Made by a program: the position numbers and the translations under genes. From NCBI GenBank assembly GCA_963736735.1, contig CAVTPX010000005.1, forward strand, positions 159,932 to 223,931: a stretch of 64,000 nt of DNA. Reading direction: 5' to 3'. The stretch's first letter is position 1. Each line of letters starts with the position of its first letter. The notes below the pieces were generated by a model. It was given only the letters and a program-made list of their open reading frames with translations. It was not told the DNA's origin and did not search any database. Source of the stretch: an uncultured Bacteroidales bacterium (GTDB lineage Bacteria > Bacteroidota > Bacteroidia > Bacteroidales > VadinHA17). Below are positions 43,640-52,852 of this stretch, in pieces.

Positions 43640-44567
43640 CTACTGTTTCTTTCCGCTTGTGTTTTTGCTGATCATGTCAGCCTGCGGAACCGCCAGGAGG
43701 AATGATACAACATTCCTTGTGGCTGCTGATATTCACCTTGACAGTACCGACGTGAGGGCGGCAGTGATCGATTCGGTTATTGACCTTATGAATTCTGTGA
43801 AGGGAACACCGGTAACGGGTGTCGCGGGTAAATCTTATAATCCTTTCGGTCTTTTTGTGATCGGCGATCTTACTGATTCCGGGAGTGATACTCAATGGGA
43901 TCAGTTCACCTCGCTCTTCGGGCTGAACGGTGAAAAGGCTTTGGCTATGCCGGTATATGAGACCTTCGGTAATCACGACGGAAACAGTGGGGGTGTTGTA
44001 AGGGAGGGGATAACAGCCAGGAATTCTGCAAGAAGCACAAAGATTAATATTTCTTCGAACGGCATCCACTACAGCTTTGACAGGGGTGGTATTCACTTTG
44101 TGGTACTGGGCAGTTATCCGGGAGGCGTGTGGGATCCGGAATGCGGGTGGTGCCACTATTTTAAAGAATCATTCAGGGAATCTGAGATGAGCCTGGAGTT
44201 CCTTAAAAGCGACCTGGCCATGAATCTCCGCAACAGAAGACAACCCGTTGTGCTCTTCTTTCACTACGGCTGGGATGATTTCAGCCTTCTGTGGTGGACC
44301 GGTAAGGAACAGGAGGCATTTGCCGAAGCCATAAAAGAGTATAATGTTGCAGCCATATTTCACGGGCACAACCATTCTGCCGCGGCATATAAATGGAACG
44401 GCATAGATGTCTTCAGCAGCGGGTCACCGCAGAGAGGCTCATCAATTGGCAACTTCCTCATTGTGAGGTCCGATGGCGACAGCCTCTCGGTAACCTCCGT
44501 TGAAAGGAAAAAGAGAGGTACCGCTGGGCACTGTTTCCCTTTCAGGAAAATAATTGCTGACAGGTAA
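43608..44567 (+). CDS. Calcineurin-like metallophosphoesterase lipoprotein
   Basis: The motifs are FLVAADIHLD, GDLTDSG, GNHD and FHGHNH. The ATG at 43608 precedes a lipoprotein-type signal (FLLIMSACG). The ORF-track start at 43587 is a TTG inside the preceding gene. Confidence 0.8.
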   Translation: MIRRLRCLPISYCFFPLVFLLIMSACGTARRNDTTFLVAADIHLDSTDVRAAVIDSVIDLMNSVKGTPVTGVAGKSYNPFGLFVIGDLTDSGSDTQWDQFTSLFGLNGEKALAMPVYETFGNHDGNSGGVVREGITARNSARSTKINISSNGIHYSFDRGGIHFVVLGSYPGGVWDPECGWCHYFKESFRESEMSLEFLKSDLAMNLRNRRQPVVLFFHYGWDDFSLLWWTGKEQEAFAEAIKEYNVAAIFHGHNHSAAAYKWNGIDVFSSGSPQRGSSIGNFLIVRSDGDSLSVTSVERKKRGTAGHCFPFRKIIADR

Positions 44568-46928
44568 AGCCTAAAGCTTTACTGTCAGCTTCTTGCCGTG
44601 TGTATTTTACCTTTTTTGTAACTGATCCTGTCACTTTTTCGATCACAAGCTCGCGACTTACCGGCAGGTTGACGGCGCCTTCAGGAGCATCCGGGAATAT
44701 CGTCAGTTTCCTGCTTTTGTCGTTCCATCTGAATGTGGTCCATCTGCCAATACCTTCAAGGTATTGCTGGCTTATGCCGTCATCTTCGTACATCGTGAAT
44801 TTACCGTCGGCGCCGGGATAGATTTTTATTGTTGTCGGACCGCTTACTTTTTCTCCGGTATACTGTCTGACAGGATCAATGGGGATTATTGCGCCTGCCC
44901 TTACAAATATTGGCATTACAGACAGGTTCACATCCCTGGTTACATCTTTTCCGCCGGAATACTCGGTATTATTCCACCAGTCGTACCACAGTCCGTCAGG
45001 AAGATAAACTGTCCGTGTCTTTGCGCCCTTTTCAAATACAGGTGCAATGAGCATGTCCGGGCCCCACATAAACTGATTGCCGAAGCCCTGCAGCCTTCTC
45101 ATCTTCAGGATATTGCAGCCACATTGCACGCATCAGGGGCATCCCGGTGGCATGCGCTTCCCAGGCGAGGGTATAAGTGTAGGGGAGAAGCTGGTAGCGA
45201 AGCTCGGCGTATTTCTTTACTACCGGTTCGATCAGCGGGTTATTCATCTCCGACACAAGCGGATTGCGTTTGTCAGTATCCCTTGCCGGGGTGTTGCGGT
45301 TATTGTCTTCCCTGGGGCCCATGTCAGACAGTCCCCATCCCCAGGGCAGAGCCGTGAACCATGTGCGGCCGTGCGACCTGAATGATCCGCAGAAGGCACC
45401 GAACTGGAACCAGCGGGCATAGAGCTCGCCCGTCTTTTCATTATTGGGGTAGAAGCCTCCTATGTCAGATCCCCAGTAGGGCCCGATGCTCAGGGAGTGG
45501 TTTATGCCTACGGCAATCTGTCCCTCGAGAGTCTTCCATGATGTCTCAGTATCACCTGACCAGACCCAGCCGCCCCACTGGGCTATTCCCAGGTGGCCGT
45601 TACGGTGCAGGCTCCACGGACGGGTGTCAGGGGTGGTGGAGAGAGGTCCCTGGTAGTACAGCTGGTGCCTCTTGATTCTTTCAAAGAGATTGAACCAGTC
45701 GCCCTCATCAGGCCAGAAGGCGTCAATGCCTTTATCCATAAGCCCGACATGCTGCTGCCAGTAGTTCTGAATGTGGGATGAATCAAGCACTTCTCCGGGC
45801 AGGGCAGGGATGGTGCCGTGAAGGGTGGGGAGCCTGTCGCGGTCCCAGGGGACCATGTGTACAACAACTTTTACATTACGGTCATGGAGATCGGACAGAA
45901 CCTTTTCAGGCTCTCTTTTGAATACATCCGGGTTAAAATCAAATGATGGCTGCATTGTATTCCATCCTCGCGGGCAGAAGCCGGTGCCGAGGTAGATGAC
46001 GGCATCAATTGGAATGTGCTTTACCCTGAAGGTGTCAACAATTCCTATTAACTGATTTTCATCGTCAAGGGTGCGGTGCGACTGCATGTACCCGAGAGAC
46101 CAGAGTGGCGGCATCACTGCCGGACCGCTGACAAGGCTCAGTTCCTTCATGAATGTGGCAGGGTTGTGGGCGTCAAAGACGAAGATGTCAAGGAGACCCT
46201 TTACATAATCTTCTGCCGGTGGCAGTCCTTTCCCCTGGTTGAGTCCCTGGTTGGCAACATTCTGCACAGTTGTCTGCGGTTCACGGTCCAGGGGTATGAA
46301 GAGGCCTTTGTCCTCCGGGCGCAGGTCAATCTCGCCCCAGGGGGTTGCAACGAACAGGGCCCAGCCGTCGGTACCTATCATAAGCGCTACAGGGTTTCGT
46401 GAGCCGTAGGCGTCGCTCTGCCAGCGCGGCACCATTGCATGGTAGCTGCCGTTGCGGTCATACTGTATCGGTGCTGTACGCCAGTCGGTGCCGCGCTCGG
46501 GACGCGGTCCTCCTTCACCCATGCCAAGCACGGGATCACTGCTCTTCGCAAAGGAGAAGCCCCCTTCGTCATTGAAGACTTATTTCCTGCACTTCTTTGC
46601 CTGCTGCGTTGGTTATCCTTATCCTGAGAGGGTCTGCGGTGACTTCGACATTCAGACCGGCAATGCGTTTGGTGACAGGATGTGATATCTCCTCAAGTAC
46701 AATAGCAGGTTCGGCATATTTCCTGTCAGCAAGGGCGGGGGTGAATGGCAGGTCAGCAGCGAAGTCAGCGGGCTTTAAGGTTATGCGCACTGAATTCTTT
46801 TCTGCCTCGCGTATCTCAAGCTTCCCGGGCTTCCCGTTAACTGTGATTTTCTGAGCACTGACGGTTGCCGGACCGGATGCAAGGGTAACAGTTAAGATGC
46901 AGGTAAGAACTGATTTAAGAATGTGCAT
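44542..46928 (-). pseudogene. GH31 alpha-glycosidase (alpha-xylosidase/alpha-glucosidase-like), two +1 frameshifts (~46578, ~45087), or sequence errors
   Basis: The fragments are 46569..46928 (signal peptide MHILKSVLTCILTVTLASGPATVSAQ), 45032..46531 and 44542..45129. The GH31 signatures are GIDAFWPDEGDWF (nucleophile-Asp region) and GGWVWSGDTETSWKTL (W-x-GD-x-x-S-W). Confidence 0.8.
44556..44589. terminator. Hairpin between the convergent metallophosphoesterase and GH31 genes
   Basis: gctgacaggtaaagc-ctaaa-gctttactgtcagc forms a ~14-bp stem with one bulge. Both convergent ORFs end inside it, and no strong T-tract follows. Confidence 0.4.
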
Positions 46929-47120
46929 TTTGATATCGGGTTTATTTTTGGATCTGTTCGTAGGGTGCGTTAAAATAATAAGTTGCCGGGCACTCTCCAA
47001 TAATTTTTAGTTAATAAACCTTGTTTAATGCTCAGAAACATTGCATAACGGTTGAGGGGCAACCGAAAATCTGTTAATTTCGCAGAAAGAGATAAAAAGC
47101 TGATAAATCAAAATTATTTT

Positions 47121-48254
47121 ATGATGAAAAGTTTCAGATTATTAACACTGGCGATGGTCCCGGTTCTGATAGCCGGAATGATTGCCTGCAAGGGTACTAA
47201 AAAACAAGAGATGGTAAAAAGTGAAGCATTCGGCACCTTCAGCGGTAAAGAGGTGACTCTGTTCACCCTGACAAATAAGAAGGGCGATATCATTAAGCTG
47301 ACGAATTATGGCGCAGCAATAGTTGAAATTTCTGTTCCGGACCGTAACGGTGTTCGTGAGAATGTCACCTTCGGGTATGATAACCTCGATGGTTATATTA
47401 ACGGTGACCTTTACTTCGGGAAGGTTGTGGGCCAGTATGCAAACCGCATTGCAAAGGGAAAATTCACCCTCGACAGCACGGAATACAATCTGGATCTGAA
47501 TAACGGTCCCAACTCACTGCACGGCGGCGGCACAGGCTGGCACAGCAGGGTCTGGGATGCACAGGTGCTTGAGAACACCGATTTCCCGGCAGTAAGGTTT
47601 ACTTACAACAAGCCTGACATGGAAGAGGGCTACCCGGGCAATGTTGTTGCTGAGGTTGTCTACAGCTGGACTGACAATGACGAGATCATAATGGACTATA
47701 AGGTGTCGACTGACAAAAGAACTGTTATAAATATCACCAACCATGCCTATTTCAATCTTCACGGCACCGGCAAAGGTGACATACTTGACCATGAAGCCAT
47801 CGTAAGGGCATCAGCGTTCACACCTGTTGATTCAACGTTAATTCCCACAGGGGAAATTCGTCCGGTTGACGGAACACCTTTCGACTTCCGCACACCTCAT
47901 CTGATTGGTGAGAGGATCGGTATGGATGAAGAGCAGTTAAAACTTGGCGGTGGTTATGACCACAACTTCGTGCTTGACAATGCCGAGGAAGTTGATGCTA
48001 TGGTTTATGATCCTTCCACAGGCAGGGTTATTGAGGTTCTCACAGACCAGCCCGGTGTGCAGCTTTATACAGGCAACTTCCTTGACGGAACCCAGACAGG
48101 TCGCGGCGGCAAGGTTTACCAGTACCGTTCAGGTTTCTGCCTTGAGACGCAGCATTTTCCTGACGGTCCCAACCAGGCAACTTTCCCGTCAGTGGTGCTG
48201 ACACCTGATGAGCCTTTCCTCTCGAGTACCACTTACAGGTTCAGTGTAAAATAA
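47121..48254 (+). CDS. galM: Aldose 1-epimerase (mutarotase), lipoprotein-type signal
   Basis: The ATG at 47121 gives MMKSFRLLTLAMVPVLIAGMIACKG. The motifs NGPNSLHGGGTGW, TNHAYFNL and FCLETQHFPDGPN are typical of GalM. Confidence 0.9.
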   Translation: MMKSFRLLTLAMVPVLIAGMIACKGTKKQEMVKSEAFGTFSGKEVTLFTLTNKKGDIIKLTNYGAAIVEISVPDRNGVRENVTFGYDNLDGYINGDLYFGKVVGQYANRIAKGKFTLDSTEYNLDLNNGPNSLHGGGTGWHSRVWDAQVLENTDFPAVRFTYNKPDMEEGYPGNVVAEVVYSWTDNDEIIMDYKVSTDKRTVINITNHAYFNLHGTGKGDILDHEAIVRASAFTPVDSTLIPTGEIRPVDGTPFDFRTPHLIGERIGMDEEQLKLGGGYDHNFVLDNAEEVDAMVYDPSTGRVIEVLTDQPGVQLYTGNFLDGTQTGRGGKVYQYRSGFCLETQHFPDGPNQATFPSVVLTPDEPFLSSTTYRFSVK

Positions 48255-48262
48255 CTCTCACC

Positions 48263-49189
48263 TTACAATAAAAAGAAGAAGCGCCCCGGCAATGTTGCCG
48301 GGGCGCTCTTTTTTAATGGTTTTACTAAATATTTCGAAATTTCCAGTTTCACAAACTCATTGCTCCTCTGCATGAGGTGCCTGTTTACAACGACTCCGCT
48401 TTTATCAACCAGCGTATAATGCGGGATCCCGGTAATACCGAACAGATTGCTGATAGACCTCCACTCTTCTTCTGAGACCCTGTAATGCTCACCCTTAATA
48501 CCCGGTATCATATTATCCCATGTATTCTTTGGTGAGCCCGGGTAGGTGATATAAACAAAAACCACATCTTTGTCAGCCATCTCCTCTTTCAGGGGTTTCA
48601 TTTGCTCTATCCCGGCGAGGCAGGGAGCGCACCAGGTTGCCCAGAAATCGACAAACACAACCTTTCCCCTGTATTTCTTCATTATGGCATCGAATAGTAA
48701 ACCGGCCTCAGTTTTAGGCACCTCATTGGTAACACGCATACCCTCAATGAATAGAATATTCTCTAAGAAGACTTTTTCAAGGCGATATTCCGTCTTTATG
48801 AATATAAAGCCCCGAAAGTCCTTTTTTGACGATTTAATGTGATCATATACTTTGATAGCAGCCTGCATAAATCTCTCAAAAGTATACGGTTTCAACAGGT
48901 AATCAGTCACATTAAACTCAAAACCTTTAACGGCATATTCATTGAATGCACTAATTATTATTACTGCAGGTCTCTGAATTAAAGATTCTAATAAATGAAT
49001 ACCTGAAAATTCGTCCATTTGAATATCAAGAAATATCAGATCAACCGGTTCTCTCTTCAGAAAGCTGATAGCATCCAGTCCATTATCAAACGTCTGTAAC
49101 AGTTTTAGGAAAGAAATTTTTTGCACAAATTCCTTGGCACGATCCAGTGCTAATGGCTCGTCTTCAATAATGATGCAGTTTATAATCAT
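48263..49189 (-). CDS. Chimeric ORF: receiver domain + truncated LytTR domain fused in frame to the C-terminal part of a TlpA-like thioredoxin
   Basis: Residues 1-~120 form a CheY-like receiver (IIEDEPLALDRAKEF...DLIFLDIQMDEFSG...KPYTFERF). Residues ~130-155 begin a LytTR domain (FIFIKTEYRLEKVFLENILFIEGMR). The sequence then switches to KYRGKVVFVDFWATWCAPC...FGITGIPHYTLVDKSGVV (thioredoxin fold, WCxxC). The junction at ~48735-48745 coincides with a GC-content step. Confidence 0.6.
   Translation of the reverse strand: MIINCIIIEDEPLALDRAKEFVQKISFLKLLQTFDNGLDAISFLKREPVDLIFLDIQMDEFSGIHLLESLIQRPAVIIISAFNEYAVKGFEFNVTDYLLKPYTFERFMQAAIKVYDHIKSSKKDFRGFIFIKTEYRLEKVFLENILFIEGMRVTNEVPKTEAGLLFDAIMKKYRGKVVFVDFWATWCAPCLAGIEQMKPLKEEMADKDVVFVYITYPGSPKNTWDNMIPGIKGEHYRVSEEEWRSISNLFGITGIPHYTLVDKSGVVVNRHLMQRSNEFVKLEISKYLVKPLKKSAPATLPGRFFFLL
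48281..48314. terminator. Bidirectional rho-independent terminator between galM and the TlpA-like fragment
   Basis: gcgccccggcaa / ttgccggggcgc form a perfect inverted repeat, followed by tctttttt on the + strand and preceded by an A/T tract. The minus-strand ORF 48263..49189 reads through it (tail ...KKSAPATLPGRFFFLL). Confidence 0.75.
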
Positions 49190-49827
49190 TCAGTTTTAAT
49201 CTTAAGATAGACTTCAAATTGGTTGTCAGTTCTTATAATATCTAACTCATGTTTGTCATTATATAATAAGTAAAGGCGTTGTTTTATTAAATCTATACCC
49301 AATCCACTTTTTTCTTGGTTAAAAGTTTTTGAATTATCGAAATAATTACGACAAGTGAAGGATATTTCATTCCCAGTTGTTTCGATGATAATGTTAATCG
49401 CATCTTCAATCTTTTTATTTGTAGAATGCTTAAATGCATTTTCAATAAACGGGATAAAAATTGCAGGTGCAATCATTAGCCTTTCATTTTCTAAGGAAAT
49501 TGTGAGGTTCACATATCTTTCATTTGCTGTTCTTATTTTTTGGAGTTCAATATATTTTGTAATGTATTCCAGTTCAGTAGTCAATGGTATAAGATTAGAA
49601 GATGCTTCATAGAGCATAAACCGCATTATTTCTGAAAGTTGTTTTAAATACTTTGACGCAGTTTTAGGCTCCTTCTCAATTAATACATCTATATTATTTA
49701 TTGTATTAAAAAGAAAATGTGGATTAATCTGGGCTTTTAGAAGTGCCAATAAAATATTCTGCCGGCTATTTGTCTGCAAGATGGCACAATGTGTCATTAA
49801 TTTATCAACCACGCCAAAGGCTGACAA
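49186..49827 (-). pseudogene. LytS/YehU-type sensor histidine kinase lacking its N-terminal membrane sensor region (5'-truncated remnant)
   Basis: LKAQINPHFLFNTINNI (the His_kinase H-box) and the HATPase region (FIENAFKHS...GLGIDLIKQRL) are present. Only one TM-like segment remains upstream before an in-frame stop, and only ~125 nt separate it from the next gene. The stop overlaps the response-regulator start (ATGA-type, 49186-49189). Confidence 0.65.
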
Positions 49828-49953
49828 GACTGTTTGTACAATTAAAGATAAACAGAAGAACCCGAAGATTGGGTTAAATCTGAGTTAAAAAGAGAGAAGG
49901 ATATGTTAATTATGGAGACTGTCGGGTTTTGTACTTTAGTTTTTGTCTGAAAT

Positions 49954-52717
49954 CTATTCTTTCGATGGCTTAAGAGTGACGGTTGCACCCTTTTCTTTCA
50001 GTGGAACTACAAACTGCCCCCTGTTGTTGGCTGACAGTGAGGCGGTATTATATTTTCGTGCCGTCTCTTCCCTGCCTGTTGTTGTAACATGCATGTAAGC
50101 CTCCGGAGTCATGGAGTCCGCTGCCTCGAACACGATTTTTACTGCCCCCGTTGCAGTGTTATAGGAAACACTTTTGAACCGGCCTGCGTCAAGTGTCAGC
50201 CACAGTCCTGCAGGTGCAACATACACCCTTGACTGAGCTGCTGTTGTCAAGATCTGTTTTCACCCATTTTCCCTTTTCAGTACAGTTTCCTCCGAAAGAG
50301 AGCCAGCCGAACTCTTCATTATAGACGAGGTAAGTTGCTGTGTTCAGGGCATAACCGAGGAATCCGGTGCCGTAATCCCCGGTTATACCGTCATTCTTCA
50401 GGGTGGATGGGAATGAATGGAAAGCGGCAGGTGCAAAACCGTCCTGTGTAATATTCGAGATGGCTCCCATAACTCCGCCGTAACCGACGCGGAGAAGGTA
50501 GAAGTCGGACGGATATTCGCGGTACTGATTCAGGACCGGGATGGCATTGAGGGCCGAACCGTAATGGTGTATCATTCGCTCAAAGCGCGACAGCTTGCCG
50601 GCGAAGAGGAAGTCCCAGAAACGACGGGCGCTGCCGTTATAGCCCCAGTGAGGGACAGTAGGCATGTATGCCAGGATGGCATTCAGGGTTACAAGCGCTT
50701 TGTCATCGAGTCCGAAATATTTTGCCCACATGTAAACCTCTTCCTGACCGGTCGAGTCCCAGGGCATCTCACTTCCAAAGGGATATTTCAGGAGCATCCA
50801 GTGGTCAACCCTTACTTTCATGGCGGTTTCCATTTCTGATGCCATTTTATCCATTCCCTCAGCCTTGAGGTCATTCAGGATAAGTATAAAAATGGTGCCC
50901 TCCATCTGCCCGAACTGGGCATAATAAGGTGCCTGCTTTATCATTGCCATGGTGGTATGGAATGCATTTTCGAGATACCACTGCCATTCCTGCTGTGAGG
51001 TAAGACCCTGGTAATTGCGTGCCATCCGGTACATGACCCAGTGGGCTGCTGCCACGTGCGGGTAGTTGTAGGAACGGCCGACAGAGTTTGTCTCTTTGGT
51101 GTTCCATGAGGGGAAACTGCCGTTTGCGGCAAACCGGATGTTCGTGTCATAGGTCCCGGCGGGCATCGAATCAGGCATGTAAAAGAACATGCTTTTCTTT
51201 ACGCCGTATTTTTTATCTCCCTCACTGTACTGTATGCCGCCCCAGAGAGTCTGGTTCACAAAGTCTTCAAGCTTTTTCACCTCGGCCGGGTCAGGCATCA
51301 CAATCTGTTTCATTATGGCTCCCAGCCAGCTTCCGGCACCACCCTCATCACTCAGGCCGGCGATCCAAACCCGCCTGTCCTGTTTCACCTGTTCCTTCTT
51401 TTCGTAGTCATAGGTAATCACCGACGGAGCTCTGCCAAAAGGATCATTTTTGTCGTCAAACCACTGCTCGGTGGTGAGGAACTTACCGTAAGAGGCAATA
51501 ACCTCTTTCTCCGGGGATATGATCTTGTAGCTTACGGTCTGGCTTAGCCCGTCTTCATATTCGACTGTCAGCCTGGCCCTTCCCCATATTTTACCTTTTA
51601 CATCATAGACTTTCCATCCGTGGTCATTGGTGCCGGCGTCACTGATCTCAAAAGCGCCTGACGGTTCAACCTTTAAATTTCTGACAGCCTTATCATATTT
51701 CAGGAAGAGCTTTGCATTGACATCCATGGGAACCACATAACCGGGGATACCCACGGCAACCGGACGATTTGCCTGTTCAAGTGCATCTTCAATCTCCCTG
51801 ACAGAGCCGGCAATGAGGAATTTTACACCGTAGCTTCTTGATTCTCCGGGCTTGATTATTGCAGAGGTGGGCTCATTCCACTGTTCAACACCTTTCCAGG
51901 CAGTCTCGGCGTAAGATCTGCTGTGAACCATCCATTCATGCAATCCTTCGAAGGTGTAGCCGCTTGGAAGAGGATCATCAGTCAGAGGGCGCCATGCCTC
52001 AAAGGGTGTTTTTCCGTAGGGTACAACCACCATAGCCTTGCCTTCACCGTGAAGCCTTACAACCTGAAGGTACCCGGCATCAGCGCCGATATACGGATCG
52101 AAGAATACGTTTTCCGCATGGGCTTTGTCAAGAGACTTACCATTGAAGTTATTATTGAAAACCATGGGAATACCCAGGGCTCCTATTTCGACTGAGCTGG
52201 CAGATTTGTTCGTGACCTCAAAACGCAGTACAATGTTTTCGCCCTCTTTCTCCCAGTACCTTATTATTCGTACAGGTATTTCTGCCGGCAATGTTTTTGC
52301 GAGGTCGGCGGCAGAAAGTACATCCGGGTCATCCGATTTTACAGGATCAATGTCAACTCTTGCTTTCGCGGTTGAATAATAGGTCCATCCGGTATCACCT
52401 GCGCTGCGCAGGCCGAGGTTAATGTCGCCCAAATGGTAAAAACCGTTTTTGTCTCGCTCTGCCAGCCTGTCGCCCGGGGTGAAATCAAACGGTTCACTGT
52501 CATTTGTCCGCAGGGATGCCACCGTTTGTGTGGAGTTCAGCAGCCCCAGCTGTAACAGGGGAGTCTTATACTCTGTGGTGCCTTTTTCAATGCCGAGTGT
52601 CGGTGACCCCAGATCACGCCTGTTCCGCTGTTGGCCCGCCATATCTGCAGGTGAAGAGATTGCCAGGGTGAATAACAACGCCGTAATTGTAAGTTTAAAC
52701 CTTATCATGCTTTTCAT
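49954..52717 (-). pseudogene. Distant third paralogue of the 38070/40874 family (possibly DUF5695-like), one +1 frameshift near 50240 (or a sequence error)
   Basis: The fragments are 50189..52717 (842 aa, signal peptide) and 49954..50250. It is collinear with the ~930-aa proteins: RSYNYPHVAAAHWVMYRMARNYQG aligns with RSYDYPHIIMLYYHMYQVAKMYPE, and FGWLSFGG aligns with FGWISYGG. It has a similar beta-rich C-terminal tail. Confidence 0.7.
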
Positions 52718-52778
52718 AATTTGATTAATTTGAAACTGTGGCTCAATAAATAACCAATATGTCTGTAAATGGTTAAAT

Positions 52779-52799
52779 AAAGTGTCTAATATACACTTT
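52779..52799. promoter_or_regulatory. Candidate operator site F, a perfect palindrome AAAGTGT-ctaatat-ACACTTT, 62-82 nt upstream of the 52717 start
   Basis: This is the only site with perfect 7-bp arms. It has the same GTGT-N7-ACAC geometry as sites A-E. Confidence 0.55.
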
Positions 52800-52852
52800 T
52801 ATAAACAAAAAGCAGTCAAACTATCAATGGCAGGCAAATTATGTTTATCGGT

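Noticed and set aside
45077-46402. Numerous 60-110-aa ORFs on the + strand within the GH31 region, and similar ORFs inside the GH127, 38070 and 50189 genes
   Set aside because: These are shadow ORFs typical of GC-richer coding DNA. All of them lie antisense or out of frame to long genes with clear family signatures.
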